Assembly (NCBI GenBank): GCA_038893835.1 | Contig: JAWAQR010000004.1 | Coordinates: forward strand, 1 to 62,808 | Reading direction: 5' to 3' | From: Archaeoglobaceae archaeon | GTDB taxonomy: Archaea; Halobacteriota; Archaeoglobi; Archaeoglobales; Archaeoglobaceae | Length of the DNA stretch: 62,808 nucleotides | Shown here: positions 9,804-23,582 of the stretch, piece by piece | Position numbering within the stretch: the stretch's first letter is position 1 | How the letters are laid out: every line of letters begins with the position of its first letter | The notes under the pieces: generated by a model | Told to the model about the DNA's origin: nothing | Databases searched by the model: none | The model's input: the letters and a program-made list of their open reading frames with translations, nothing else | Made by a program: the position numbers and the translations under genes

Positions 9804-10406
9804 ATGAAGTTCACCGTGCTCAACTGGGATTATGCGGAAAAACTCTGTAGAAAAGTGGCAATGCAGGTTTTGGAAGACGGATTTAAGCCTGAAAAGATAA
9901 TAGCTTTACCTAAAGGTGGTTTATTTGCTTCAATGGTTATAAGCGATTACCTTGGAGCTGAAGTCATAAGTATGAACTTGAAAAAAGATGAGAAGATCTT
10001 TGTAAAGAGGGCTTTGATCGTCGACGATTTCATAAACACTGGAAAAACGATGAAGAGGGCAATTGAAAAAGTCGATGGTGAAGTCAAAACTTCAGCTTTG
10101 CTTATGTTCCAAAAGTCGAGTTTTATTCCAGATTATCTTGGAGAATTCATGGCTGAAGACGTCTGGGTCATTTTTCCATGGAATTTCGTAGAGGATATTT
10201 CAACCCTTATTCTAAATTTGCTGGAAAAAGAGGATCTAGATAAATGGGAAATCAAAAACAGACTTTCTACCTTCGGAATAGATCCAATCAGCATCGAAGT
10301 CGCTCAGCCAGGAAAATTCGAAGAAGTTTTAAAAGTGCTAGAAAAAAGAAATGTTATAGAGAAATACGTTGAGTCCGAGAGAACTTTATGGAGGTTGAGA
10401 AGATGA
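9804..10406 (+). CDS. Type I phosphoribosyltransferase (purine PRTase-like) with C-terminal extension
   Basis: LIVDDFINTGKTM PRPP-binding loop; WVIFPW. Confidence 0.85.
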   Translation: MKFTVLNWDYAEKLCRKVAMQVLEDGFKPEKIIALPKGGLFASMVISDYLGAEVISMNLKKDEKIFVKRALIVDDFINTGKTMKRAIEKVDGEVKTSALLMFQKSSFIPDYLGEFMAEDVWVIFPWNFVEDISTLILNLLEKEDLDKWEIKNRLSTFGIDPISIEVAQPGKFEEVLKVLEKRNVIEKYVESERTLWRLRR

Positions 10407-11128
10407 TTGGAGTTATTGGAGGTACCCATCTGCTGGAGATGAGAATTCTTGAAAAAAGGAGAGAACTAGAAATTCAGACTCCTTTCGGTCCAGCTGAAGT
10501 AGATGTCGGTTTTCTAAACGGAATTGAAGTGGCTCTGATACAAAGACATGGAAGGAAAAAAGATAAGCCACCGCACAGGATAAATCATCAGGCAAATTTT
10601 TACGCCCTCAAATCCCTTGGGGTTAAAAAAGTGATCGCAATGGGTTCTGCTGGATGTTTGAGAGAAGACATAGAAATCCCAGCGATAATGATTCCACACG
10701 ATTACATCGACTTTTTCAGCTTTGCAACTGTTTATAACAACTCACTGGTCTACATAACTCCTGGATTTGATGAAGAAGTTAGAAGTGTGCTCATAGATGT
10801 GGCAAAGAAGATATCAACGCTTCCAGTGATCGAGAGAGGAGTTTATTTCCAAACCAGAGGTCCAAGACTTGAAACAAAGGCTGAGATTGCAATGATAAAA
10901 AACTTTGCAGACTGTGTTGGAATGACTGCTGGAAGTGAGGCTACAGTTGCAAAGGAACTAGGGATTAAATATGCGATAATTTGCACGATAGATAACTATG
11001 CACATGGAATAAGAGGATATGCTGTAAATTATGAAGATATAATTAAGAAGGCTGCTGAGAACGCGAAAAACTGCATCGAAATCGTAAGAGAAGCTGTAAA
11101 GATTCTTAGTGAATCTGAGCCGGATTGA
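10403..11128 (+). CDS. MTAP-family purine nucleoside phosphorylase
   Basis: IGVIGGT, RHG...PPHRINH.AN, GPRLETKAE, VGMT, DNYA. Confidence 0.9.
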   Translation: MIGVIGGTHLLEMRILEKRRELEIQTPFGPAEVDVGFLNGIEVALIQRHGRKKDKPPHRINHQANFYALKSLGVKKVIAMGSAGCLREDIEIPAIMIPHDYIDFFSFATVYNNSLVYITPGFDEEVRSVLIDVAKKISTLPVIERGVYFQTRGPRLETKAEIAMIKNFADCVGMTAGSEATVAKELGIKYAIICTIDNYAHGIRGYAVNYEDIIKKAAENAKNCIEIVREAVKILSESEPD

Positions 11129-11129
11129 A

Positions 11130-11279
11130 GTGATAGTTTTTAAGTTTAATAAAAACGAGGAGGAAATTAAGAAAATTCTAAAGGTAATTTCGCGAAAAGG
11201 TGTAGATCGAATTCTTAAATCTCTACGAAACAACCCAAAAAATTTCCCAAATTATGTTCGAAGTGAAGAAAGTTCTTGA
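11130..11279 (+). pseudogene. Possible truncated/frameshifted winged-helix (HxlR/ArsR-like) regulator remnant
   Basis: GTG-start 49-aa ORF ...ILKVISRKGVDRILKSLRNNPKNF; a shifted frame continues QIMFEVKKVL, resembling helices 1-2 of a wHTH. Confidence 0.4.
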
Positions 11280-11293
11280 CAAACTTTATTATG

Positions 11294-13257
11294 CTATGAA
11301 TTCCTGAAATTCTCATAATTGCAGATTGGACAAAAAATCCAGTCCTTCTCACCCTTTATTTTCAGCATTTTTGCCAAATGTCTTTCACAAGTTTTGGAAG
11401 TTATGTAGATCTTTCCCTTTTGTGGTAAGGGTAGGGAAAATTTACAGCTGGGATATCCATTGCAACCAACAAATCTCTTCTTTACCCTCTTTATTGCCAG
11501 ATCTCCACCACATTTCGGACACTTTCCTATAACTTTTTCATTCCCAATTTCCCTTAACTTCAAAACCACATCTGAACTTCCAATCTTGCTGATTATTTCA
11601 GCCAAAATTCTTCTAGACTCAGAAACGACTTCTGACTCTTTCTTTTTCCCTTCTGCAATCTCATCAAGCTCCTTCTCAAGTCTTGCAGTCATTTCTGGTA
11701 GAGTGATCGTTTCAACCTTATCCTTCAGAAAATCGATTACAGAAAATGCTATCCGCGTTGGTCTGTATGGATTTCCCTCAATATATCCCCTACTGATCAG
11801 CTTCTTTATTATTTCGTGTCTTGTGGATTTTGTTCCTAGATTTAGCTTTTCCATCAGCTTTATCAGCGTCGACGGCGTATAACGGGGCGGAGGTTTTGTC
11901 TTCTTTTCCTCTATTTTCTTTTCCACAATTTTTAACTTATCTCCAACTCTCAGCAACGGGATTTCCGATTCCTCAGCTTCCGAATATATGTATATTTCTC
12001 TCCATCCAGGTTTTACCAACTTCTTTCCGCTCGAAATAAACTTCAAACCATTGCTTTCTAATTCTGCAACTCTAAGCTCCCATAGAGCATTTTCAGCTAG
12101 CGTTGCCAAAAATCTTCTAACTACAAGCTCATATATCCTCCACTCATCTTTCGTCAACTCATCTCTGCTGGCAACTGCCGTTGGATATATGGGCGGATGA
12201 TCAGTTGTCTCCTTTTTACCCCTAGAAGGCTCTATTTTTTCCTGTTTCAGAACGATTTCAGCTTCTCTTGAGAATTCACTCCCCAAAAATGCTCTAGTTA
12301 TCCTCAAAAGATCCAAAGTTCGAGGATAAACTGTATTATCTGTTCTCGGATAGCTTATATATCCATTTATATATAAATTCTCTGCAATCTCCATCGCCTC
12401 ATGCGGAGACATCAGTTTGGAAGCTTCTCTGAGAAATTCAGTGGTATTAAAAGGAATTGGCTTTGGATCTATCCTATTCTTCACATCAAATCTCCTAACT
12501 ATTGCAAAGTTTCCGATCTGCGATAAAATTTTCTTGGCTGAATCTAAATCTCCATATCTTTTATTATGCCTTGCTATGAACGTGCCAAAATTTAAATAGA
12601 TCTCATAGTATTTCTCTGGTCTAAAGTTCTCTATCTCCCTTTCCCTTTCAACTATCAATCTCAAAGTCGGTGTCTGAACCCTTCCAACGCTTAAAAAATC
12701 CTTTCCCAATCTTCCAGAGTTCAGAGAAATGAATCTTGTCAGAACTGCGCCCCAGATTAAGTCTATTTTTTGCCTTGCAAGTGCTGAAAGAGCAAGATTA
12801 AAATCCAGTTTATCCGGTTTTGAGAATGCTTTGAGAATCTCTTCTCTCGTTATCGCACTGAATCTAACTCTATCAACCTCTACATCCTTCTTCACACTTT
12901 TGATTATTTCCAATGCTTCCAAGCCTATTAACTCACCCTCTCTATCATAATCCGTGGCTATCGTAACTTTTTCAGCTCTTTTAGCGATTTCCTTAAGCAA
13001 AGAGATTATTTCTCTTTCTTTTTCAACCTTTACAAATCTCGCATTTATCAATTCCATCAAGCTTGTCTTCAACCAATTTCTATACTCTTTCGGAAAATCG
13101 AGCTCAACGATGTGTCCTTTCAGTCCAAGAACGTATGCATCGTTTGAAGGAGAGTAAAAGAAAGAAATTTTTCCCCTTTTCAAAGTTTTTACATCTCTAA
13201 AGAGTATAGAAGCTATTCTCTCTGCTGCATTCTGCTTTTCTGTAACTATAACCCAAC

Positions 13258-13261
<4 letters not shown>
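11294..13261 (-). CDS. topA: DNA topoisomerase I (type IA)
   Basis: TEKQNAA, ATDYDREGE, SVGRVQTPTL, ISYPRTD catalytic Tyr, C-terminal Zn ribbons. Confidence 0.97.
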
Positions 13262-15341
<2,080 letters not shown>

Positions 15342-16265
15342 TCCATTCTACCTCCTTCTTCCTTAAATAGTCCATTAAGGCAGAGATTGCTGAAAGCTGT
15401 AAAATAAGGGAATAAATGAAAAGACCAACTACGACTTTTAGCTTCGAGATCTTTCTGTAATAAAAGAGAAAAGCAAAAACTATAAATGGAAGAAATGGAA
15501 GAATTAAGAGTGGGAAATAGGTTACTGTGAGTGCCAAATACCACGATAACCTTACCTTTTTCTCAGCTTTTGCCATTTCTCTTCTATACCTCCACAGCTG
15601 CAAACCGCCGTAGTACCACCTCTTTCTTTGTCTATAAAAGTCTTTCCAGCTAAGCGGAGCTTGCTCAAAAAAGGCACCATCGACGATCAAAGCCTTTAAT
15701 CCCTTTGCATGCATCCTTGTTGCAAAGTCGGCATCTTCTGCAATGGCATCTTCTCTCAATCCTTCCAGCAGATTTTCGAATCTAACTAATCCTATTAAGC
15801 CATTAAACTGCTTGAAAGGACTCTTTTTTAGCAGAAAATTTATCAGCTTGTATTCGAATTCGATAGTTTGAGAAATAAGAGAAGAACTGTTGTATATACA
15901 CCTTTTGGCAGAGGCGATATAGGATTCTCTGGAATTCGACAAGGCTGAGATGCAGTTGGATATGGTTTTTTCATCGGTTCTCGAATCTATGTCTAGAATC
16001 AAGACAAAATCCGGTGAGTAATTAATTAAATATTTTACAGCATCGTTTATCGCTCCCGCTCTTTTACCCCTTCTTCCCTCTCTTTCAATCACTTCCACAC
16101 CTAAACTCCTTGCAGTCCTTATCCTTTCATCAAAATTAGAATTCTTGTCTATCACGTAAACTATCTTGCAATCGAAGTTTTTGCTCAGAGCCTTTACATG
16201 CTCAATACTTTCTCTCAAAGCTTTTTCAGATTCAAATGGTGCTACTGGAACAACGATTGCGAGCT

Positions 16266-17678
16266 TCATCCGAGCATTCTAGCAATTATCCTTGCCGTCT
16301 CTTCCGGGTCAGCTCTTCCTTTTGTTTTCTTCATCACCTGTCCAACGAGAAAGTTCAATGCCTGTTTCTTTCCGCTATAGTAATCCTGGACGGCTTTTGG
16401 ATTTTCTTCTATAGCCTCCCTGCAGAACTTCTCTATTTCACTCTTTGGAATCGCAAACAACCCTTTCTCAGCAATTATCCTTTCTATTTCCCCTCCTTTG
16501 TCTAACTTCGTTCTTATGACTTCAACAACCCCTTTCTCTGTTATCTTTTCCTCTAAAAAGATATTCAGTAGACTTGCAAATTCCTCAGGACTGAAAAGTT
16601 TAAAACATTCGTAGAAAGTTAAATCCCGGTAATTTAATTCTCCACGAAGGACATCTACAATCCAGGTGACTGCAATCCTTGGCTGGACAAGTTTTGCGAC
16701 TCTTTCAAAATACTCGGCCATCTTCAGATCCAGTATCAAAACCTTCGCATAGTTTTCCGAAATCCCATATTCTCTCTTTAACCTTTCCTTTTTCTCCTCT
16801 GGCATCTCTGGTAGAGTTCCAATCACCTCTTTAACAAGCTCTTCAGTATAGATAACAGGCAAATCTGGCTCGGGGAAATAACGGTAATCCTGCTCCTCTT
16901 CCTTACTTCTCAGCGAGACAGTTATTTCCTGAGCCTCATCGAAATGTCTTGTTTCCCTTACAACTTTTTTCCCCCTTTTTATTAAATTCTTTTGTCTCAT
17001 GATCTCATAATTAAGAGCTTTTTCAACCCCTTTGAATGAAGATATGTTCTTTATCTCCACCCTTGCTCCCCCCAAAATCGAGATGTTTGCATCAACTCTC
17101 ATAGCCCCTTCAAGCTCACCATTAAAGACATCTAGATATTCCAATATCATTCTAAGCTTGTTCAAGAAAATCCTTGCTTCTCTTGGTGAATTTATCACAG
17201 GCTCTGTTACGATTTCAAGCAGAGGCATACCGCTTCTGTTGTAATCTATGAGAGAATAGCTTGCAGTCGTTATTGAGCCCCTGTAACTCAACTTTCCTGG
17301 ATCTTCTTCTAAGTGTATTCTCTTAAGCGCTATCTTTTTCTCTTTTCCATCGACTTCTATGCTCACATATCCCCCCAGTGCAAGGGGACGATCGTACTGG
17401 CTTATTTGGAAGTTCTTCGGCAAATCCGGGTAAAAATAATTCTTTCTATCAAATACCATCATTGGCTGAATTTTCGCATTCAAAGCTAGTGCAACCTTTA
17501 TTCCAGCTTTTATCGCCTCCTTATTTACAACAGGCATCGCTCCAGGCATTCCAAGGCAGACAGGGCAAACATGAGTATTTGGGGGACTTTTATGGTAGTT
17601 TGTCGGACATGAGCAGAACAATTTACTCTTCAGCTTATTCAGCTGAGCATGAACCTCAAGCCCAATAATGACGTCCAT
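16266..17678 (-). CDS. gatB: Asp-tRNA(Asn)/Glu-tRNA(Gln) amidotransferase subunit B
   Basis: [42 protein letters not shown]. Confidence 0.97.
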   Translation of the reverse strand: MDVIIGLEVHAQLNKLKSKLFCSCPTNYHKSPPNTHVCPVCLGMPGAMPVVNKEAIKAGIKVALALNAKIQPMMVFDRKNYFYPDLPKNFQISQYDRPLALGGYVSIEVDGKEKKIALKRIHLEEDPGKLSYRGSITTASYSLIDYNRSGMPLLEIVTEPVINSPREARIFLNKLRMILEYLDVFNGELEGAMRVDANISILGGARVEIKNISSFKGVEKALNYEIMRQKNLIKRGKKVVRETRHFDEAQEITVSLRSKEEEQDYRYFPEPDLPVIYTEELVKEVIGTLPEMPEEKKERLKREYGISENYAKVLILDLKMAEYFERVAKLVQPRIAVTWIVDVLRGELNYRDLTFYECFKLFSPEEFASLLNIFLEEKITEKGVVEVIRTKLDKGGEIERIIAEKGLFAIPKSEIEKFCREAIEENPKAVQDYYSGKKQALNFLVGQVMKKTKGRADPEETARIIARMLG

Positions 17679-17711
17679 GAAAAGAGAAGTTAGTGATGTT
17701 TAAAAAAATTC

Positions 17712-18695
17712 TCAAACTCTGAGCACTATCCTTTCATAATCTCTTTCTACCTCTTTTAGAAATTCTTCCTCCTTTATCCCTTTCTTGTAGGAAATAAACG
17801 CCATTCCTCCTGCACCAACTCCCTCTTTTACAAAACCTTCCGCATAAGCCTTAAGCCCAGGATACTTGGATTTTGCGAGTGGTATTTTGGCTACAAAAAC
17901 TTTGCAAGGAGCGATGGATAGATCGACATTTTTATCATTTGCAACAAACTCGGTCGTAGCTATTGAGAACTCGCAATCCAAATCCTTTGCCAAGTTTGCA
18001 ATTGCAACCATTTGAGTCCCACCAGCAAGTAAAGCCCTTTTGCAACCGCTCAGGATACCATATATTCCAGCCATAACTGGATCTCCTACTGCAGAGATGA
18101 CTTCTATGGGCTCCTTATTTCTAACCCTTTTAACAGCCTCCTCTATCACCTTCATCTTCAGTTCCATCGGATTTTCTGGCATACTCGAAGATACCTTTGG
18201 CTCAAATCCCAGTGCCTTTAAAACAGCTCCTGCAGTTGTTGTGCCTGCAGGTATGCTTTCGCCAATTATTATTAGATCTGCCAACTTTGAAAACTGTTCT
18301 CCGACTATTTTTCCATTCCTTATTATCCTCTCTACGTCTTCCACTTTCATAGCCCTGCTCTTCGCAATGTTTTCTCCTACAGTTGCTTCAAGCGATATGT
18401 ATGGAATCTTTGGTTTAACGATTAGTCCAGAATCCACTACAAAGAAAGGTATTCCTGTAAGTCTTAAAGCTGTGTACGTCAGCAAAGCAGGAGTTGGTTT
18501 TCCATCTGGAGTGGCTGGAATTGAGTTTATGCTCAGACATCTTCCATAGTACAGCAGTTCAGCATCTGCAGGAGGGGTGTATTTTATCAGCTCAGGACTT
18601 GCCCCTGCAATAGTTATTCCAGGAATTTCTGCAGTTTTTGTATTTCCAATCACGAGAACAAAAACCGCTCTATCGAAATCAAGATTTTTTGACAT
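17712..18695 (-). CDS. cobT: Archaeal nicotinate-nucleotide--dimethylbenzimidazole phosphoribosyltransferase
   Basis: IPGITIAG, TPPADAE, PTPA, GESIPAGTTTA, LAGGTQM, VKEGVGAGG. Confidence 0.9.
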   Translation of the reverse strand: MSKNLDFDRAVFVLVIGNTKTAEIPGITIAGASPELIKYTPPADAELLYYGRCLSINSIPATPDGKPTPALLTYTALRLTGIPFFVVDSGLIVKPKIPYISLEATVGENIAKSRAMKVEDVERIIRNGKIVGEQFSKLADLIIIGESIPAGTTTAGAVLKALGFEPKVSSSMPENPMELKMKVIEEAVKRVRNKEPIEVISAVGDPVMAGIYGILSGCKRALLAGGTQMVAIANLAKDLDCEFSIATTEFVANDKNVDLSIAPCKVFVAKIPLAKSKYPGLKAYAEGFVKEGVGAGGMAFISYKKGIKEEEFLKEVERDYERIVLRV

Positions 18696-18864
18696 GTAAT
18701 ATGAGATTTCTTACGATTCTTATCACTTTCTTTTTTTTATTTACTCTTCTGTTATCATGAAAAAGGTTGCAACGCTGCTCGTACTTACCCTAAGATTCCA
18801 AAATATACATTACAGCGGAACCCAGTGTGAAAAATGCCAAAAGAGTTTTCATAAAAAATCAATG

Positions 18865-19629
18865 CTAGACTAAATATCTCAGATCTTCTGCAATGATCTC
18901 TGCAATTTTTTTCCCGCTCATAAGCATTCCACCGAAAATTGGCCCCATCCTTGGAAGTGAATGCAGGGCAGCCACAGCCATTCCTGTAACATAAAGACCT
19001 TCAACAACTTTACCAGTTTTCTCCACAACTAGTTTCTCAGACTTCTCCACAAAAGCAGACCTTTCTCCACGAACTGTGATTTCAAGTGGAACCTTTCTCG
19101 CGGCAACGGAAATAACTTCAGCATCATGTCCGGTTGCATCCACGACTGCTCTGCTTTCTACGAAAATAGGATCCACATGCAATCCGCTCATCTCAACTGC
19201 GTTCCAGTTTATGCAAACTCCTGTAATCCTTAACGGATGCTCGCGAAAGATTACATCATCTACCGTGACTCCAAATATTATTTTTGCCCCTGCATCAACA
19301 CACTTTGACGCCAGCTTGGCCATGAATTCTGATGTATCGCAGATCAGCAAGTCTCCTTTCTCGATAGTTCTTATTCCAAAGTCGTCCAAGATGCCCTTTA
19401 CCTCCCTTTCCAAGGCTATCTTATGAAAAAGCATTGCCCCCCCACCAATTCCACCGCCAAAACTAAGCCTTCTTTCGAAAATTAAAGTCTTATAACCTTT
19501 TTCTGCGAGATATTTACCAGCAGTCAATCCAGAAGGGCCAGCTCCAACTATCAAGACGTCACATTTTGCAAAGTCCATCCAATCCTTCAATGCCTCCTCA
19601 ATTATAGCTCTGGTTATTTTCGATTCCAT
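18865..19629 (-). CDS. thi4: Thiazole synthase Thi4 (sulfide-dependent, His type)
   Basis: [39 protein letters not shown]; start at MESKITRAI. Confidence 0.93.
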   Translation of the reverse strand: MESKITRAIIEEALKDWMDFAKCDVLIVGAGPSGLTAGKYLAEKGYKTLIFERRLSFGGGIGGGAMLFHKIALEREVKGILDDFGIRTIEKGDLLICDTSEFMAKLASKCVDAGAKIIFGVTVDDVIFREHPLRITGVCINWNAVEMSGLHVDPIFVESRAVVDATGHDAEVISVAARKVPLEITVRGERSAFVEKSEKLVVEKTGKVVEGLYVTGMAVAALHSLPRMGPIFGGMLMSGKKIAEIIAEDLRYLV

Positions 19630-19636
19630 GCCTTCT

Positions 19637-20479
19637 CTACTCCACTGAGTTAAAAAGCGTTCTCGATTTTTCCTTAGCCGATATAAACTCAAAAATGATC
19701 TTCGCCGCTAAGCTCTGGGTAACCTTATTTTCATCTGGTACGACTTCTACTAGGTCCATTGCAATAACTTTTTTTGCCAATTCAGCAAACAATGGTAGAA
19801 TTATGCTTGGATTTAAACCAAAGGGCTCTGGAGTTGAGACTCCTGGAGCAAAAGCTGGGTCGAAAACATCCATATCTATGGAGAGATAAAACCTTCTATA
19901 GCCATCAAGAGGCTCCAAGACATCTGAAACATCTTTTATTTTCCAAGAAGGTAAGTAAAATATTCCGTTTCTATCTGCAAACTCTCTTTCTTCCCTGCAA
20001 CCGCTTCTAACTCCAAAAATAACGACATCAAAACCACTTTCAAAGATTCTTCTCGTTGTGCATGCGTGATTGAACTTGCTACCATCGAATTCATTCCTCA
20101 AGTCGAAATGAGCATCAAAGACTAAAAAGCAAGAATTTTTGAACTTTTTTGTTGTCAAAATGCTTATACTGTGCTCCCCACCAATTGCAATTGGAGTTCC
20201 ATTTACCCTTGACAGGAAATCGGAGACTCTCTTTCCTATTTCTTCAAAGCTACCATCGCAGAAAATGTTTCCAGCATCGCAAATCTTTGCCATCGATAGA
20301 TCAAAGGAGAAAAATTGAGAATAAGACTCCAAATTCCAGCTAGCTTCTCTTATCGCATTTGGAGCAAATCTCGCTCCGGGTTTGAAGGATTGAGTCGCAT
20401 CGTATGGAATACCAAATATAATATAGTCCGCATTTTCGAGCTCCGAATTGGAGATGGAAAAGTAAGAATCTATGTGCAT
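19637..20479 (-). CDS. speB: Agmatinase (ureohydrolase)
   Basis: [38 protein letters not shown]. Confidence 0.92.
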   Translation of the reverse strand: MHIDSYFSISNSELENADYIIFGIPYDATQSFKPGARFAPNAIREASWNLESYSQFFSFDLSMAKICDAGNIFCDGSFEEIGKRVSDFLSRVNGTPIAIGGEHSISILTTKKFKNSCFLVFDAHFDLRNEFDGSKFNHACTTRRIFESGFDVVIFGVRSGCREEREFADRNGIFYLPSWKIKDVSDVLEPLDGYRRFYLSIDMDVFDPAFAPGVSTPEPFGLNPSIILPLFAELAKKVIAMDLVEVVPDENKVTQSLAAKIIFEFISAKEKSRTLFNSVE

Positions 20480-20865
20480 TAAGCCAGCCTCTCAATTTTC
20501 CTCTTTCCGAGCGATTCCAGGTATATCACTTCCTTCCCCGCCTCGATTTTATCCTTTAAATTTTCCGGAATTGGAAGTTCGAAAGTTTCGAAAGTATTCA
20601 AATCCATCAGTTGAGCCGATTCTTTTGTAACACTGAGGACTTGGGCCCTCTTTCTCTCTACAAGAGGGACGTAAACCTTTGCAGTTACAGGCTCAACTAT
20701 GCTTCTTTTCTGCGAATCAAAAATCCCTATCGCATCTATCCTTGCCTTCGCAGCTCCATGTTTCCCAGGTTTACTTACTGCTATGCTTATGATTTCACAA
20801 GGCTCATCATCTATGACTATATATCCACCTTCCCTTAACTGTCTTACCTCAACCTGCTCTTTCAT
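20479..20865 (-). CDS. eif5a: Translation factor aIF5A/eIF5A
   Basis: SKPGKHGAAK hypusination motif. Confidence 0.97.
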   Translation of the reverse strand: MKEQVEVRQLREGGYIVIDDEPCEIISIAVSKPGKHGAAKARIDAIGIFDSQKRSIVEPVTAKVYVPLVERKRAQVLSVTKESAQLMDLNTFETFELPIPENLKDKIEAGKEVIYLESLGKRKIERLA

Positions 20866-20913
20866 GTAATTCGCAAAAGTACGAGAAGATTTAAGTTTTT
20901 TTATCCTTGAACT

Positions 20914-21579
20914 TCAACTTTCTATTCTCCCATCCCTTATTCTCACTATCCTGTCAGCGTAATCTGCAAGCGAAAGATCATGAGTAACTAAAACAACAGT
21001 AACACCTTTCTCCTCGTTCATTCTCTTTATTATTTCCATAACTTGTCTTCCGCTCTTCGAATCCAAATTTCCAGTAGGCTCATCGCACAGCAATATTCTT
21101 GGCTCATTCGCCATTGCTCTAGCAATTGCAACCCTCTGCTGCTGTCCTCCGCTTATTTCCATTGGCTTTCTATTCGCAACCTCCTCGATTCCGACCAGTT
21201 TCAACAATTCAAGAGCTCTCCTTCTTCTTTCCTCTTTTCCAATTCCTTTAAAAATCATGGGGAGTTCAACGTTCTCCAAGGCTGTAAGAGTTGGAATTAG
21301 ATTATACTGCTGAAATATGAAGCCAATCAAATCTCTTCTCATCCTTGTCAGCTCGTTATCGCTGAGTTTCGAAGTTCTAACGCCGTTTATTATCACTTCC
21401 CCTCTCGTCGGTCTATCTAGACAGCCGATAAGGTGAAGGAGTGTGCTTTTCCCACTCCCCGATGGTCCCATTATCGCTACGAACTCCCCTTCCTTTATAG
21501 TCATCGTTATTCCATTCAAAGCATGGACCTCGTAATACTGAGTCTTGTAGACTTTGTGGATATCAACCAATTCTATCAT
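20914..21579 (-). CDS. ABC transporter ATP-binding protein (LolD/MacB-like)
   Basis: GPSGSGKST, ISGGQQQRVAIARA, LCDEPTGNLD, VTHD. Confidence 0.92.
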   Translation of the reverse strand: MIELVDIHKVYKTQYYEVHALNGITMTIKEGEFVAIMGPSGSGKSTLLHLIGCLDRPTRGEVIINGVRTSKLSDNELTRMRRDLIGFIFQQYNLIPTLTALENVELPMIFKGIGKEERRRRALELLKLVGIEEVANRKPMEISGGQQQRVAIARAMANEPRILLCDEPTGNLDSKSGRQVMEIIKRMNEEKGVTVVLVTHDLSLADYADRIVRIRDGRIES

Positions 21580-21601
21580 GTAAAAAAATTAAAATTTATT
21601 T

Positions 21602-23539
21602 TTATTTACCTTTGAATTCTGGCTTCCTTTTCTGAAAGAAGGCGGTAATTCCCTCAATAGCATCCTGCGTTGAAAGTGCGAGCCCAAAGGCCAAAACTTC
21701 TATCATCTTCCCTACATCTGTCGGAAGTTCATAACCGAAGTTTATTGCATACTTCGCAGCTTTCAAACTTATTGGCGGCATTTCTGCAAGCTGTTTTGCC
21801 AGATTCATCACTTCTTCCTCAAACTTCTCAGCATCAACAGCTTTTGCAAGTCCTATTTTCTCCGCTTCATCCGCATCGATTCTCTTTGCTAGCATTATCA
21901 TTTCCTTTGCTTTCGCTATTCCAACAATTTTTGGCAATCTCTGTGTCCCACCCCAGCCAGGAATCAATGCTAAGCTGAGTTCCGTAAGTCCGATTTTTGC
22001 CCCTCTCTTCATTATCCTAAAATCGCAAGCCAAAGCCAATTCACATCCGCCACCAAATGCATAGCCATTTATCGCTGCAATCACAGGCTTTGGAAATCTC
22101 TCAACTTCAGAGAAAACTTCATTCCCCTTTAAAGAAATTTCTACAGCTCTTATCGGATTCAATTCAGTAGCAGTTTGCAGATCAAATCCTGCTGAGAAAG
22201 CCCTATCCCCAGCGCCTGTTATTATCAAAACCCTTACCTCTTCATCCTTTTCCAGTTCCTTCAAAGCCTTCGAAATTTCTTCCAAGGTATCCAAATCCAT
22301 TGCGTTGAGTTTATGAGGTCTGTTTATTATCAACTTAGCAATCCTCCCATCTTTCTGCACCTCTATGTTTCTATAAACAGTCTTCCCATAATCGTAGAAT
22401 CCTTTTCCAGTTTTAACCCCCACTCTTCCCTGCGAGACCATTTTCTTCAAAAGTTCTCTAGGTTTGAGGATTTCGTATCCCTTTTCCCTGTATAGAGCTT
22501 CAAGTTTTGCAAGTATTACATCCAGCCCTATTTCATCGCCCAGCTCACAAACTCCTTTCGGCATGTTCGTTCCAAGTTTCATCGCTGTATCTATTTCCCT
22601 TGCATCCGCAACTCCGAGCTCTATTAATTCAGCAGCAATGTTGACCATTGGCGCAATTAGGCGGAGCTCGTCATATCCCTCCATCCTAGCAATCTTTGGC
22701 CTACCAGCACTCCAGTCATAGAATCCCTTTCCTGTCTTCATCCCAAGTTCTTTCTTCTCAAACTTCTCCTTCAGCGTCTTTGAAACAGGAACCAGTCCCC
22801 ATTGGTTTCCAGCGAAGTAAAGGACATCTAATCCAACGAAATCGGAGAGCTCAATCGGTCCCATTGGGAAGGAGTATTTGGTCAAAAACACACTGTCTAT
22901 TTGCTCCGGTTTGGCAATCCCTCTGTCAACGTCATCTATTGCTAATGTCAGGTAAGGAACGAGTATTCTGTTCACAATAAATCCCGCTATATCCTTCTTT
23001 ACAATTACTGGTACTTTTCCGATGCTCTTAACAAATTCCACTGCTTTCTTTATCGTCTCCTCACTCGTCTTCTCTCCCTTTATAACTTCTACTAGTTGCA
23101 TCACTACGGGTGGATTGAAGAAGTGAAGACCAACAAATTTATCGGGCCTATCAGTCGAGTTTCCAAGTTCCGTTATGCTCAAACCAGATGTGTTGCTGGC
23201 AAAGATGCACTCCTTTTTTGCAAATTTTTGAACTTCTGCAAAAACTTGTTTTTTCAGATCCATTATCTCTGGAACTGCCTCGATCACCAAATCTGCATCC
23301 TTTACAGCTTCTTCAACCGAAAGTGTAAACTTTATTCTACTCATTATTTCCTTAGCCTTTGCTTCAGTGATTTTCCCCTTAGAAACGGCTTTTAAAAGGT
23401 TCTTTTCAATAGTATCCCTCGCCTTATCCAAGAATTCCTGTTTTATGTCTCTAACAAAAACCTCATAGCCAGCTGTTGCACAGACCTGAGCTATTCCATG
23501 CCCCATTACTCCAGCTCCCAAAACTGCTATCTTTTTCAT
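21602..23539 (-). CDS. 3-hydroxyacyl-CoA dehydrogenase / enoyl-CoA hydratase fusion
   Basis: GAGVMGHGIAQ, EAVPE, SNTS, GLHFFNP; C-terminal crotonase AFSAGFD, GGGCELALACD, PGWGGTQRL. Confidence 0.95.
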   Translation of the reverse strand: MKKIAVLGAGVMGHGIAQVCATAGYEVFVRDIKQEFLDKARDTIEKNLLKAVSKGKITEAKAKEIMSRIKFTLSVEEAVKDADLVIEAVPEIMDLKKQVFAEVQKFAKKECIFASNTSGLSITELGNSTDRPDKFVGLHFFNPPVVMQLVEVIKGEKTSEETIKKAVEFVKSIGKVPVIVKKDIAGFIVNRILVPYLTLAIDDVDRGIAKPEQIDSVFLTKYSFPMGPIELSDFVGLDVLYFAGNQWGLVPVSKTLKEKFEKKELGMKTGKGFYDWSAGRPKIARMEGYDELRLIAPMVNIAAELIELGVADAREIDTAMKLGTNMPKGVCELGDEIGLDVILAKLEALYREKGYEILKPRELLKKMVSQGRVGVKTGKGFYDYGKTVYRNIEVQKDGRIAKLIINRPHKLNAMDLDTLEEISKALKELEKDEEVRVLIITGAGDRAFSAGFDLQTATELNPIRAVEISLKGNEVFSEVERFPKPVIAAINGYAFGGGCELALACDFRIMKRGAKIGLTELSLALIPGWGGTQRLPKIVGIAKAKEMIMLAKRIDADEAEKIGLAKAVDAEKFEEEVMNLAKQLAEMPPISLKAAKYAINFGYELPTDVGKMIEVLAFGLALSTQDAIEGITAFFQKRKPEFKGK

Positions 23540-23582
23540 ATTTTCACCAGAACCAAATTCCAACAGAGACAGATAAATTTTT

